Origin: Eubacteriales bacterium
GTDB lineage: Bacteria > Bacillota > Clostridia > Christensenellales > MB2-83
Assembly (NCBI GenBank): GCA_018385275.1
Contig: JAHAZM010000034.1
Span: 1-59,607 of the forward strand
Direction of reading: 5' to 3'
Length of the DNA stretch: 59,607 nt
Positions 9,073 through 19,329 of the stretch are shown here, one piece after another. The stretch's first letter is position 1. Each line of letters begins with the position of its first letter. Both the position numbers and the translations under genes were made by a program. The notes under the pieces are model-generated. The model had not been told where the DNA came from. It was given only the letters and a program-made list of their open reading frames with translations, and did no database searches.

Positions 9073-10338
9073 ATGAAAACTTTCCTGAGGATTTTCGCCA
9101 TCATTTTGATCCTGGCAACCGTCGGAGGTATTATCTTTCTCTTGCTTCCGCAGGATCAAACTCCGACTCCTACCACCATATATTCATATGTGAACACTCC
9201 TGCATCCGTTACGACGCCGACTCTTGCCCCGACTGACCGTCCCGTTTCCTCTCCGACGGCGAGTCCCGACGTTTCCGCCCCTCCGACGGAAACCGCGACG
9301 GCAAGCTCCACGGCCGTTTCCACGCCGGAGCCCACACCTGTTCCCTCGCCCACGCCGGAGCCTTCTTACGCCGCCGCGCTGAAAGCCGGCACCGGCCTGC
9401 TGAATATCCGCACCCGGCCCGACAGCGCCGCTCCCGTCGTCGGTCAGATCCGCCAGGAGGAGGCTTTTACCGTAATCTCCCGCGCGGACGGAAAATGGTT
9501 TCTGATCTGCTGCGGCAATTGCGTCGGTTACGCCAGCGGCGACTATATCGAACTCGGTCCGGCCGCGACCTATACCGGCTCCACGGCCGTTTCGACTCCC
9601 ACCCCGACGCCGACTCCATCCCCGACTCCCACGCCCACACCCAAACCGACTCCCACCCCGACGCCTGCTCCGACGTCCACCGCGCCGGCGGGCCAAAAGG
9701 CCACCGTCAGCTACAGCGTCGGCAGCCTGGCGCTTCGCAGCGGACGCAGTTCTTCCTCGTCCCTTATCACCTACATCCCCTCCGGCGAACAGGTGATCGT
9801 CACGGACAAATCCCAGACCTGGTACGCCGTATGGTATAACGGCCGCAGCGGCTATGTCTACGGGCCTTATCTGTTCTTCGGCGAGGTCGGTCCGAATGAA
9901 AACGGCTTCTACGCCGGCCTGAACGGCTACATCTGGCCGACCGATTCCCGGCGCATCACCTCGAACTTCGGCACCCGTGACGGCAAGCTCCACGGAGGCG
10001 TCGACGTCGGCGCCGTCAAACGCGGCGTCGCAGGGGACAAGATCTACGCCTCCAAAGCCGGCAAGGTCGTCGTTTCCTTCTTCGGCACGTCCGGAAGCGG
10101 CTACGGCGGCTACGGCAACGTCGTCGTCGTGGAGCACAGCGACGGGAACCGCACGCTCTACGCCCATATGTCCAAACGCCTCGTCAGCGTCGGAGATCAG
10201 GTCGAACAGGGCGCTGTTCTCGGACTGATGGGCACGACGGGCAACTCCGACGGCGTGCATCTGCATTTTGAAATCCGCATCGGCGGCAGCGCCTCGAACC
10301 GGATCGACCCGCTGACCTATTTCCCCGGGATCGGCTGA
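9073..10338 (+). CDS. Membrane-anchored M23 peptidoglycan endopeptidase with two SH3b domains and Pro/Thr linkers
   Basis: N-terminal TM, PT-rich linkers, LNIRT..W..GY SH3b repeats, HGGVD and HLH Zn motifs; start ATG 9073 after GGAG; promoter TTGCTT-N17-TATACT at 9014-9042. Confidence 0.9.
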   Translation: MKTFLRIFAIILILATVGGIIFLLLPQDQTPTPTTIYSYVNTPASVTTPTLAPTDRPVSSPTASPDVSAPPTETATASSTAVSTPEPTPVPSPTPEPSYAAALKAGTGLLNIRTRPDSAAPVVGQIRQEEAFTVISRADGKWFLICCGNCVGYASGDYIELGPAATYTGSTAVSTPTPTPTPSPTPTPTPKPTPTPTPAPTSTAPAGQKATVSYSVGSLALRSGRSSSSSLITYIPSGEQVIVTDKSQTWYAVWYNGRSGYVYGPYLFFGEVGPNENGFYAGLNGYIWPTDSRRITSNFGTRDGKLHGGVDVGAVKRGVAGDKIYASKAGKVVVSFFGTSGSGYGGYGNVVVVEHSDGNRTLYAHMSKRLVSVGDQVEQGAVLGLMGTTGNSDGVHLHFEIRIGGSASNRIDPLTYFPGIG

Positions 10339-10363
10339 CTTTCCCCTCCCGCCGGACCTTGTC

Positions 10364-10396
10364 AAAAAAAGAGCCTGTCGCACAGACAGGCTCTTT
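10364..10396. terminator. Bidirectional terminator between the convergent M23 gene and radC
   Basis: AAAGAGCCTGTC/GACAGGCTCTTT hairpin with an A7 tract upstream and T tract downstream. Confidence 0.85.
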
Positions 10397-10408
10397 CGTT
10401 TTATTCTT

Positions 10409-11146
10409 TTACGGCTTTTTGCCGCCGTTTTTCTCCATGCAGATGGTTTGATCGGCGCAATCGTCGTTGCCGAGAATCCCCATGGCTTTCATACTCGTAT
10501 ATTTCCCGTCCGCAACGATAAAATGATCGATCACGCGGATCCCGACGCTTTCCAGCGCTCGTTTGATGGCCACGGTGCTTTCGACGTCATCCCGCGACGG
10601 ACGCAGATTGCCGCTCGGATGATTATGCGCCACGATCACGTAATAAGCGCTGGCCGCCAGCGCCGCGCTGACGATCTCCCTCAGATAAATCGGCACCCGG
10701 TCGATCGTGCCGCTCTGCACTTCCTTGACGTCGATGAGCTGCCAATGCACGTCCATGCTGAACAGATACAGCACCTCGATGCGCTTCCCGGACAAATAAG
10801 CCGTCACGACCTCGCCGGCTTTAGCGGTATTGGACATATCCTTGAGCGTCCGCACCCGATCGATCATATAGCGCCTGAACAGTTGTTCCTCAAGCCTGAG
10901 CAGCGTCGCGGCATGCGGTCCGATGCCCGGCACCGCCTGAAGCTGAGAAATATCCGCCTGCAGCACTTTTTCCACCGAACCGAATCGGTCCAGCAAAGCG
11001 TGCGCCAGCGGATTGGTATCTTTGAACGGGATCCCGAAATACAGCAGCAGTTCCAACACTTCGACGTCGGTAAAGGCATCTAATCCGACTCTGCGGAACT
11101 TCTCCAGTTGTCTCTCCCTATGACCGGCATGGATGTTTTTGTCCAT
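10409..11146 (-). CDS. radC: RadC family JAB-domain protein
   Basis: HAGHRER, ELLELLL, HhH (VPGIG), HNHPSG..PS.DD and IDH motifs. Confidence 0.92.
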   Translation of the reverse strand: MDKNIHAGHRERQLEKFRRVGLDAFTDVEVLELLLYFGIPFKDTNPLAHALLDRFGSVEKVLQADISQLQAVPGIGPHAATLLRLEEQLFRRYMIDRVRTLKDMSNTAKAGEVVTAYLSGKRIEVLYLFSMDVHWQLIDVKEVQSGTIDRVPIYLREIVSAALAASAYYVIVAHNHPSGNLRPSRDDVESTVAIKRALESVGIRVIDHFIVADGKYTSMKAMGILGNDDCADQTICMEKNGGKKP

Positions 11147-11155
11147 CTCATTTCC

Positions 11156-12430
11156 TCACAAAAGCTTTTTCATCAAATAAACGGCAAGCCCGGCCGCCGT
11201 TTCGTGCGGGAACATCGTCCCCGCCGTCAGCACAGCCGCTCTGGCGTCCGGCAGTCCTTTTTTCTCCAAAGTCGCGGCGACAGATCCCGCCACGCCGATA
11301 TCGCCGAGCAGACGCGCGATCCGATTAAGCTGCGCAGCCGTCATCTTTTTGCCTGTTTCGACACGGATCTGCGTCATCAATTCGTCGTATTTCTCCGTCA
11401 GAAGCGTCTGCGTTTTCTCCGCGGTATAGACCCGCGTCGGATCCAGCTTCATCATTTCCGCCGCCATATCACAGGCGGCGCGCAGCAGTTCGCCCAAACT
11501 GCGATCAGCCGCTCCCCGGCGCCGCAATTCCCGATAAAGCCCCGAGATCGCCCACTGCCCGGGCGTCGTCGCCGGCCCGAGATCACGGATCAGCTCTTCG
11601 ATTTCCGCCCGATGCGCTTCGGCAAAAGAAGCGAAGCTGCCCTTCTCAAACGAGTATTTCCAGCCCTCCGCCTTTCCGAAAACGCGCATCGCTTCCTGGT
11701 ATCCCAGCGCGATATTGGTCTGCGCCACCGATTTATTGAAAATCAGATGATGTCCCAGATCCCATTTGGGCTCGATCCGGATCACGCGCGCCGCCGACGC
11801 GTCGTAGCCCCTGTACAGGCCGACCGCTTTGAGATTGACCGCCACCACCTCGTCGGCGCCGGCCGAGATCGCCAGCTCCACCGGCATGGTATCGTAATAA
11901 CCCCCGTCTATGTAGCGCTTCCCGTCGATCTCTACCGGTTCCATGAACGGATAGAACGCCGCGCTTGCCAACAGATAGTCGCACAGTCGCCCATCGGGGA
12001 TATCGGGCAGAAACAGGCGGTACGGCTTCCGGTCGTCCAGGCCCACCGTGATCACGCCCACTTCCACGCCGGAAGCGCGCACGCGTTCTTCGTCAATGCA
12101 CCGCTCCAGAATGCTTCTCAAACCGTCGCACTTGATGCCGTTGGCGCCGGTCGCGGCCGCCTCCTGAATAAGCCGGACCGTACTGCCGAGGCCGATCCGT
12201 TCATCGAGGCTCTTATCTTCCACGTCCAGCACCTGCGAGGTCGTGATATTTTCCCAGACCTGCGTAGCCGTCTCCGGATCGTCCATGGCGACGATGCCGG
12301 CGTTGAGCGCCCCGACGGAAACTCCCGTCACGACGTCAAACCGCCATCCTAATTCGCGCAGCGCCTTCCACACGCCGATCTCAAACGATCCGCGCGCGCC
12401 GCCGCCCGCCAATGCCAAAGCTTTTTTCAT
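11156..12430 (-). CDS. Patatin-like phospholipase
   Basis: GGGARG oxyanion loop, GVSVG nucleophile elbow, DGG motif. Confidence 0.92.
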   Translation of the reverse strand: MKKALALAGGGARGSFEIGVWKALRELGWRFDVVTGVSVGALNAGIVAMDDPETATQVWENITTSQVLDVEDKSLDERIGLGSTVRLIQEAAATGANGIKCDGLRSILERCIDEERVRASGVEVGVITVGLDDRKPYRLFLPDIPDGRLCDYLLASAAFYPFMEPVEIDGKRYIDGGYYDTMPVELAISAGADEVVAVNLKAVGLYRGYDASAARVIRIEPKWDLGHHLIFNKSVAQTNIALGYQEAMRVFGKAEGWKYSFEKGSFASFAEAHRAEIEELIRDLGPATTPGQWAISGLYRELRRRGAADRSLGELLRAACDMAAEMMKLDPTRVYTAEKTQTLLTEKYDELMTQIRVETGKKMTAAQLNRIARLLGDIGVAGSVAATLEKKGLPDARAAVLTAGTMFPHETAAGLAVYLMKKLL

Positions 12431-13596
12431 CGGATCCCCTGCGCCTCCAGCGCCGCTCTCGCCGTCTCCGGACTGTCCTGTCCCGTCCGGTTTTTCACCG
12501 GTGAAAACTCTTTTCTGTCCACGCGCATCACCGTCATGTCCCGACAGTACGCGAACGCGTCGAAAACAAAGGTCTCATATTTATACGCGTTTTCCTTTTC
12601 CGGCACGACGACAGCGCCCGTTTCGTCCACGTACGGCATCTTTTTAAAAGCCGTATGGTAAGGCAGTCCCGTCTCCGAGATGCGCTTGAGCACGTCAAGC
12701 GGGAAAACATGTGCGATAATATTCGCGTCGTTATAAACCAGTTCGCCGTCGTCCCCGCGCAGATACCGCAGTTCGTCCGGCAGCTCGCTGTATTCGATCA
12801 CGCCGGGTTTCCCGTCCATCAGACAAAAAACGCCGGCCTTTTCTTCCGGGCTTCGTTTGGCCACGGATTTGGAAACGATCTCGCTGCCGCTGCGCTTCGC
12901 CAATCCCAGCAACACCGGATCGGCCATGCGCACCGCGGCGTTATCCACGCCGCAGATGAATACGTACTTCACGCCGCGCGTTTCCATATCCTCGTAAACG
13001 CCCTGCTCCGCCGCCGCCCGGAAAACCCCGCCGTTTCCGTCCGGTCCGGTGCAGAGCGTGCCCTTGTCGCTCAGAAACGGCTCTCCGTCGGTGTTGAGGA
13101 GAGGCAGGGTGCCCTGCCGGAAAAAGCGGATATTTTCTTTTCCGTAGCCGAAATAACCGTGTTTTTCAAAAAACGCGACGGTCGCGGCATGATTCTCTTC
13201 CCCGGTCATGATATACCAGGGAATGATCGTCCCGCCGCCGGCAGCGCGCAGGCTGTCGCATTGGAGTTCAAAAAGACTGCGGTGAGAGGGCAGCCCGATG
13301 TCATAGGTGCCCTTCGGCCCCTTGTGACCGAGCCGGGTGCCCTGCCCGCCCGCCATCGTAACGGCCGCGGCTTCCCCGCCGCGGATAAGGTTTTGCCCGA
13401 GCTCAAAGAGCTCGGGGGCCTTTCTTACACTCGTAACGGGACTGACCTTGCGCTCCGAAGCGTTTTTTGACGCGTCGAAACTCTTCGTTGATTCAAAGAG
13501 TCTTTTCATCAGCGGATAATCGATACGGGATACGCTTTGCCTGAGCGAAGCGCGAGTCTCCGCGTCGAGTTCATCCTGAAATCGGAGCAGATCCAT
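12427..13596 (-). CDS. UDPGP type 1 family (eukaryote UAP-like) UDP-sugar pyrophosphorylase
   Basis: MAGGQGTRLG..PKG, PDGNGG, VDN, EYSE, KYETFVFD and FSPVKN motifs. Confidence 0.9.
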   Translation of the reverse strand: MDLLRFQDELDAETRASLRQSVSRIDYPLMKRLFESTKSFDASKNASERKVSPVTSVRKAPELFELGQNLIRGGEAAAVTMAGGQGTRLGHKGPKGTYDIGLPSHRSLFELQCDSLRAAGGGTIIPWYIMTGEENHAATVAFFEKHGYFGYGKENIRFFRQGTLPLLNTDGEPFLSDKGTLCTGPDGNGGVFRAAAEQGVYEDMETRGVKYVFICGVDNAAVRMADPVLLGLAKRSGSEIVSKSVAKRSPEEKAGVFCLMDGKPGVIEYSELPDELRYLRGDDGELVYNDANIIAHVFPLDVLKRISETGLPYHTAFKKMPYVDETGAVVVPEKENAYKYETFVFDAFAYCRDMTVMRVDRKEFSPVKNRTGQDSPETARAALEAQGIR

Positions 13597-13599
13597 CTT

Positions 13600-14073
13600 T
13601 TACACCTTTTCTTTGCTTTCTTTCAGCAAGTCGCGGATTTCCGTAAGCAGAACTTCTTCCTTGCTGGGTTCCGGTTCGGGTTCCGGTTCGGGTTCCGGCG
13701 CCGGAGCGGCCGCTTCTTCCTTCTTCTTCTTTCTCTTGCTGACGCCTTCTCTCATGTTGTTGATCAGCTTGACCATCAGGAACAGGCACAGCGCGATGAT
13801 CAGGAAATCAATGACCGTCTGAATAAACGCACCGTAGTTCCAGGTAATCGCCGCGTTCACGACTTCTCCGTCTACGATCTCTTCCGGTCTGAGAATGACT
13901 TTCAGTTCCGAGAAATTGGTCTTTCCAAGAGCAAGGGCAATGAGCGGTGTGAAAATATCAGCGACAAAGGACGAAACGATCTTTCCGAAAGCGGTACCGA
14001 TGATCACGCCGACGGCCATGTCGACGACATTGCCGCGCATTACGAATTTCTTGAATTCCTCACCCAACTTCAT
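13600..14073 (-). CDS. mscL: Large-conductance mechanosensitive channel
   Basis: [26 protein letters not shown] and LLTEIRDLL. Confidence 0.97.
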   Translation of the reverse strand: MKLGEEFKKFVMRGNVVDMAVGVIIGTAFGKIVSSFVADIFTPLIALALGKTNFSELKVILRPEEIVDGEVVNAAITWNYGAFIQTVIDFLIIALCLFLMVKLINNMREGVSKRKKKKEEAAAPAPEPEPEPEPEPSKEEVLLTEIRDLLKESKEKV

Positions 14074-14090
14074 AGTTTATTCCCCCCCTT

Positions 14091-16538
14091 TCATTGATTT
14101 CTATACGTAACGGAAAAATGAACTTTTCCCTTTTCTTCGGCATGGAAGCAGAAGCGCGTAACGCCCCTGTCCTCGATGCCGAGACGTATCGGTTTCTGAT
14201 CGCACACGACCCGCCGGATATTGGCAAGCGTGCGCAGCGCGACGGTATAGTGCCCCGCCGCCGGCGCGTTGATTTCGAACGAGACGATCCGTCCGCCGTC
14301 GACCTTGACGCAGCTGAGCGTCCCCGCCTCCGTTTCCACGCAGGCAAACGGCGCTCCGATCGCTTCGGCGCAGGCGAATCTGCGCACCGCCCGGCCGTCC
14401 ATCTCATAGTCTCCCACGTTTTTGCGGCACAGATAAGCGTCGTCGCCGACGGCCAGCGCCGTGTTGTTTTTCAGGAAATTGAAATTGGACAATCCGCTGT
14501 CGCCCGTAGCCGGATGGAAGCCGAAGAGCGGGCTTTCCGGTTCGCAGCAATAGCTCATCGAGCAGAAGCCCTCGGCGTCGATCTTGGCCGGCGCGCCCAG
14601 CAATCCGCCGTACACGATTTCAAGCAGCGCTTTGTTATATTTTACATTACCCTTGATTATTTCGTCAAGCAGTCCGCCGGCGTTTCCGGGCGAAGTATAA
14701 TGGTGGCAGTTCATCGCAAAGTCCGTCTCCGCGTCCCACCAGCGATACTCGGAACCGTTCCACCACCAGACGCTCTGGAAACCCTTGACCGTGCGCATCA
14801 CGTTCTCCAGCTCCCGGATCACGTCCGTGCGTCCCGCATGCTCGGCAATGCGGATGATCGACTCGTATCCCGTGTTGTCGTAAGCGCACTCCGCCGCGTA
14901 CGGCACGCCCTTGAACAGAATGTCGATCATGCGCTCGTATTCGCGCTCCAGCTCAAAGTAGACCGACAGATCCAGCGCCGGGGGTTTCCCGACGGCGTGA
15001 GATTCGCGCTTGAGCGCCTCCAGGCACTCGGGAATGACCTGCTCGTTCATATTGCCCACGGTCACGTCCATAGCGCGGCTGACGCGGAACATACACCGAA
15101 GCGTTTCACAGGTCTGCGTAAGATAAAAGCCCGGCTCCTTCCTTGTCAGACCATAGGTCACGGCGAGTCTGTACATATTGAGCCAGAAATTGGCCAGATG
15201 GATGTAGTTATAGGAGCGGAACGTATACCCGCCCTTGAAAAACCAGCAGATCTCGTGCGTGTCCGGATCCTGCAGGTAGCGGAACAAATATCCGTCGATA
15301 TAATCGTCCAGCGCGGCGATCTCCTCGGCGGATGGATCGAGCAGGTTTTTCAGCGAAACGAACTCGATCTCACACAGTCCGCCCTCATACGAGCCGGTAC
15401 CCCAAAGCGAGCCTTCGCGCACGCACAGCGGCGGCTGATGTCCGCCGAACGGCTTCCGGCAGTACGGCACGATCGCCCCGTCGAGCAGATCTCCCTCCGC
15501 GTGATAGACCTGTTTATTCATGACAAAGGCCGCCCGATCCCGGATCAGCTTCCCGATCCGGTCGATGACGAGCACCTTGGCCAGGCAGACAAATCCCATT
15601 CCGTTCGTGAAACGCAGCGTTTTTTCGCCCAACTCCTCAAACGTGAACGTGAAGCTCTCTCCCGTGACGCCGTCGCAGACGACGGGCGTTTCCGACGCGG
15701 CCGTGATGATCAGCGGCTCGTCCTTCTCGACGATATACGCCGGCGCCGCGTGCAGCACGATCCGGCCGCTCTGCACCAGATACCGCTCAAACTCCGTCCG
15801 GTCCGCCGCCAGTCCGATCTCCAGCGTGAAAACCGTCTTTTCCCCCGGTGCGAGCGCGCGTTCCGTCGGCTCGACGCCAGTAAGAGACGCCGGCAGCTGA
15901 CGATCGCGCAGGTATCCGCCCGCACAGAAAAACACGCTCTGCGTCCCGTAGAACGAGTGATTGCAGATCCCGGGCCGCGACCGTTTCAACGTGACGGGCG
16001 TATGACAGACGTGCTCGAAGCGCGTGCCGTTCTCGGGAATGATATACAGCAGCGGTCCCATCCCGCTGAGACGCTCGATGACCTCCCAGCCGTTTTCGCC
16101 GCACGGGAAAACGTGCTCGAGCGTATGCGTGTCAAAGAGCTCCCGCTGGTTGAAATGAAATTCCGTATAGTTATTGTTGCTGACACTGTCGAAAGACGCG
16201 CGTCTCACCGTGAAACCGGTCTCGCCTTCGTTCGTCAGCGTATAACTCAGGCGGATCTTGTCGCGCAAAGGCACGACGCGCATGACGACGCGAAAGCCCT
16301 TTCCTTCCGCCTCCCAGCCGTCCTCTTCCACGCGCGACGGCACGACGTAATCGTCCCAGACCGTCCCCGCCTCGCTGCCAAGCGTCAGATACAGGCTTCC
16401 GAATCCTTTCAGATACCCGTCGGAACCCTCGTCTTCGATCATGGGGTTTTCCACCGGGGAAGCAATGAAATTCGCGCCTTCCGCCGCGTCCGTCAGATAA
16501 TCCATCGCGCCTGTCTTTTTGTTGATTCCGTAAAACAT
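14091..16538 (-). CDS. Hypothetical protein, DUF5695-like putative glycoside hydrolase
   Basis: 815 aa without signal peptide; RSYNYIH, ECAYDNTGYE, RWWD and HHY motifs resemble DUF5695; N-terminal beta-sandwich-like region; family call from memory. Confidence 0.55.
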   Translation of the reverse strand: MFYGINKKTGAMDYLTDAAEGANFIASPVENPMIEDEGSDGYLKGFGSLYLTLGSEAGTVWDDYVVPSRVEEDGWEAEGKGFRVVMRVVPLRDKIRLSYTLTNEGETGFTVRRASFDSVSNNNYTEFHFNQRELFDTHTLEHVFPCGENGWEVIERLSGMGPLLYIIPENGTRFEHVCHTPVTLKRSRPGICNHSFYGTQSVFFCAGGYLRDRQLPASLTGVEPTERALAPGEKTVFTLEIGLAADRTEFERYLVQSGRIVLHAAPAYIVEKDEPLIITAASETPVVCDGVTGESFTFTFEELGEKTLRFTNGMGFVCLAKVLVIDRIGKLIRDRAAFVMNKQVYHAEGDLLDGAIVPYCRKPFGGHQPPLCVREGSLWGTGSYEGGLCEIEFVSLKNLLDPSAEEIAALDDYIDGYLFRYLQDPDTHEICWFFKGGYTFRSYNYIHLANFWLNMYRLAVTYGLTRKEPGFYLTQTCETLRCMFRVSRAMDVTVGNMNEQVIPECLEALKRESHAVGKPPALDLSVYFELEREYERMIDILFKGVPYAAECAYDNTGYESIIRIAEHAGRTDVIRELENVMRTVKGFQSVWWWNGSEYRWWDAETDFAMNCHHYTSPGNAGGLLDEIIKGNVKYNKALLEIVYGGLLGAPAKIDAEGFCSMSYCCEPESPLFGFHPATGDSGLSNFNFLKNNTALAVGDDAYLCRKNVGDYEMDGRAVRRFACAEAIGAPFACVETEAGTLSCVKVDGGRIVSFEINAPAAGHYTVALRTLANIRRVVCDQKPIRLGIEDRGVTRFCFHAEEKGKVHFSVTYRNQ

Positions 16539-16541
16539 CTC

Positions 16542-18134
16542 TTAATTCTCCTTACCGATTCGTTCGATCACTTTTTCCGCCGTGCGGATGCCGTCCACGG
16601 CCGCCGACACGATACCGCCGGCATAACCGGCTCCTTCTCCGCATGGATACAGCCCACGCAAAACCGCCGAAACGCCGTCTTCGCCGCGCAGGATCCGCAC
16701 CGGACTGCTCGATCGCGTCTCCGACGCGGTCAGGACGGCCTCGCGATCCGCCCATCCGCGGAACTGCCTCTCGAAACCTCCCACCGCCGCGGCCAGCGCG
16801 TCCGTGATAGGCTTGGGAAGCGCCGCCCGGATATCTCCCGGGGTCACGCCCGGACAATAGGTAGGCAAAACTTTCCCGAAAGCGACGGTTTCCCGTCCGT
16901 CGAGGAAATCTCCCAGCGTCTGTGCCACGGCGCGGTATCCCCCGCCGCCGGCCCGGAAAGAGCGTTCCTCGATCTCTCTCTGATAGCGCATCCCGGCCAG
17001 CGCGTCGCCGGCGCCGAAATCCGCCGCGTTCACGCCCACGAGGAAACCGGCGTTGGCGTTCCTGCCGTCGCGGGCGTAAAGACTCATGCCGTTGGTGACG
17101 ACGCGTCCGGCTTCGCTGGCTGCGCCCATCACTACGCCGCCCGGACACATACAGAACGTATAAACGCCCCGCCCGTCGGCCAGATGCGTGCTCAGCTTAT
17201 AATCCGCCGCCGGCAGCGATCCGGCAAATCTTCCGTAGCGCAGACGGTCGACGTCGCTCTGCAGATGTTCGATCCGCACGCCCACTGAAAAAGGCTTCTG
17301 CTCCATCGCCGCGCCCCGCCGGTACAGCATCTCGAACGTGTCCCGTGCGGAATTTCCCACCGCCAGGACCAGCGCGTCGCAGGCAAGCTCCTCCCGTTCG
17401 CCGTTTTCATCGGCCAGAACGGCCGCTTTCACCGCGCCGCCGCGCGTCTCCAGATCCGTCAGCGTCGTCCGGAACCGCACCGTCACGCCCCGTTCGATCA
17501 GAGCCCGGCGCAGATTCGTCACGACCGCGCGCAGACGGTCCGTCCCGACGTGCGGCTTGGTATCGGTCAGGATCTCCTCCGGCGCGCCCGCGCCGACCAG
17601 CTCAGTCAGCACGTACCGCGCCCGCGGGTCATGCGTGCCGGTGTTGAGTTTGCCGTCGGAGAACGTCCCGGCTCCGCCCTCTCCGAATTGCACATTTGAA
17701 CATACGTTCAATTGACCGGTTTGGGCAAAGATTTCTACGTCTTTTGCCCGCTCTTCCACGCATTTTCCCCGTTCGATCAGCGTGACGCGCAGCCCCGCGT
17801 CGCTCAGGATCTTCGCGGCGAAAAGCCCGCACGGGCCCGCGCCGACGACCAGGACGTGCGCCGTCGTTTTCCGCCGCGCCGGCGGTTCGTACAGCGGCTT
17901 TTCCTCCGTCACGGACGGATCGGAACGCCAGCGCGCCAAAAAAGCTTTTTCCCCGTCAAACGTATAGTTTACCGCGTACACGCAGCGGATCTCGTCGCGT
18001 TTCCGCGCGTCGACGGCTCTCGAGGCGATTTTCCCCCGATACGGCGTCCGGATGCCTCTTCGGCGCGCCTCCCGGTCGATCACGCTCCGTTCCGGCTCGT
18101 CGAGCGCGGCTTTGATATTATTGATACGGATCAT
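16542..18134 (-). CDS. FAD-dependent oxidoreductase (COG2509-type)
   Basis: GAGPCG, NVQFGEGGAGTFSDGKL, FCMCPGG and GEGAGYAGGIVSAAVDG; start ATG 18134 after GGAG. Confidence 0.9.
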   Translation of the reverse strand: MIRINNIKAALDEPERSVIDREARRRGIRTPYRGKIASRAVDARKRDEIRCVYAVNYTFDGEKAFLARWRSDPSVTEEKPLYEPPARRKTTAHVLVVGAGPCGLFAAKILSDAGLRVTLIERGKCVEERAKDVEIFAQTGQLNVCSNVQFGEGGAGTFSDGKLNTGTHDPRARYVLTELVGAGAPEEILTDTKPHVGTDRLRAVVTNLRRALIERGVTVRFRTTLTDLETRGGAVKAAVLADENGEREELACDALVLAVGNSARDTFEMLYRRGAAMEQKPFSVGVRIEHLQSDVDRLRYGRFAGSLPAADYKLSTHLADGRGVYTFCMCPGGVVMGAASEAGRVVTNGMSLYARDGRNANAGFLVGVNAADFGAGDALAGMRYQREIEERSFRAGGGGYRAVAQTLGDFLDGRETVAFGKVLPTYCPGVTPGDIRAALPKPITDALAAAVGGFERQFRGWADREAVLTASETRSSSPVRILRGEDGVSAVLRGLYPCGEGAGYAGGIVSAAVDGIRTAEKVIERIGKEN

Positions 18135-19318
18135 GACTCTCCTCCGCGAAGAGCCCGGAAAACGCTGCGCGCCGCCCGTTCTCCGGACGCCCAGGCCCAT
18201 TGGAGGTTGTATCCGCCGCAGTCTCCGTCAATATCCAGCATTTCGCCGGTCAGATAGATCCCGGCCCGGCGCGTGCTTTCCAGCGTTTCCGGATCGGCCG
18301 TGACCAGTCCGCCCGCCGTGACCTGCGCGTTCTCCCACGGCATTTTCCCGCTGACGGCGAAACGGTAATCCTTGATCGCCGACGTCAGCGCCGCCGCTTC
18401 TCCGTCGCTCAAGGACCCGCAGACCCGCCCGGCGACGATCAAACCCGCTTTTTTATACAACGCCAGAGCGATGCGGTTGTGAAACATACCCGCCAGGAAT
18501 CGGCTCAGCTCCCGACCGGCCAAAGCGCCGGCTCTCTCCCTCAACGCGTCGTATACCTCGTCCCAATTCCGCTCCGGCCGGAAATCGACGCTCACGTCGT
18601 CGTGCGCTTCGCTTCTGGACAGCGCAAAAACGACCGGCCCGGACACGCCGTAATCGGTGAAGAGGATCTCTCCCTCCGCCGTCAGACCGCCGCGAGTAAG
18701 TCGGACGTCGCGCCGCAGGCCCGACAGGGACCTCAGTCCCGGATCATCCGTTTTCAGCTGCACCAGCGAGCGGAAAACCGCCGGTTCGCCGTCTCCGGCC
18801 AGCACGTAGCTCGTGCCGTCGGTGCCGAAACGGGCGCCGCCGGCCTTGCCGCCGACAGCCAGGATGACTTTGCGCGCCGGGATCCCGTTGAGGACGAACG
18901 CGCCGTCGCGTCCTTCAACGCGCGTCACGGTCGTATCGGTCAGGATCGTCACGCCCCGGTCCTCCGCCGCGAAACGCAGGACGTCCACGACCGAGGAAGC
19001 CGTATCGCTCAACGGATAGACCCGTCCGCTCTCTTCCGTCTTGAGGACGAGTCCCAGTTCCGAAAAAAAGGCTTCCGTGTCGAAGCGGGAGACGATCGCC
19101 CAACCCGCGTCGGCAAACGCGCCGTGGTAGTTTTCCCGGCTCAGACGGGCGTTGGTCACGTTGCAGCGGCCCGAGCCCGTCACCAGCACCTTGCGCAGGA
19201 CGCGGTTTCCCCGCTCGAGCACGATGGTGCGCAGACCGAGCCGCGCGGCCGTGACGGCCGCGGTCAGTCCCGCGGCTCCGCCGCCGACGATCGCCAGATC
19301 ATAACTGCCGTTCACCAT
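18131..19318 (-). CDS. BaiN/YhiN (HI0933) family flavoprotein
   Basis: GGGAAG, KVLVTGSGRCNVTN, GRVYP, AQVTAGG and DGDCGGYNLQWAWASG. Confidence 0.92.
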   Translation of the reverse strand: MVNGSYDLAIVGGGAAGLTAAVTAARLGLRTIVLERGNRVLRKVLVTGSGRCNVTNARLSRENYHGAFADAGWAIVSRFDTEAFFSELGLVLKTEESGRVYPLSDTASSVVDVLRFAAEDRGVTILTDTTVTRVEGRDGAFVLNGIPARKVILAVGGKAGGARFGTDGTSYVLAGDGEPAVFRSLVQLKTDDPGLRSLSGLRRDVRLTRGGLTAEGEILFTDYGVSGPVVFALSRSEAHDDVSVDFRPERNWDEVYDALRERAGALAGRELSRFLAGMFHNRIALALYKKAGLIVAGRVCGSLSDGEAAALTSAIKDYRFAVSGKMPWENAQVTAGGLVTADPETLESTRRAGIYLTGEMLDIDGDCGGYNLQWAWASGERAARSVFRALRGGES

Positions 19319-19329
19319 GTACTCTCCCA

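Noticed and set aside
9150-9690. Repeat arrays (also 7080-7160 and 39030-39230) as CRISPR or VNTR elements
   Set aside because: They are degenerate codon repeats encoding Pro/Thr linkers; there is no repeat-spacer structure and no cas gene
10409-11146. radC as a marker of a mobile element or anti-restriction module
   Set aside because: It is the full-length HhH + JAB chromosomal form at the end of a housekeeping operon, with no mobile genes nearby
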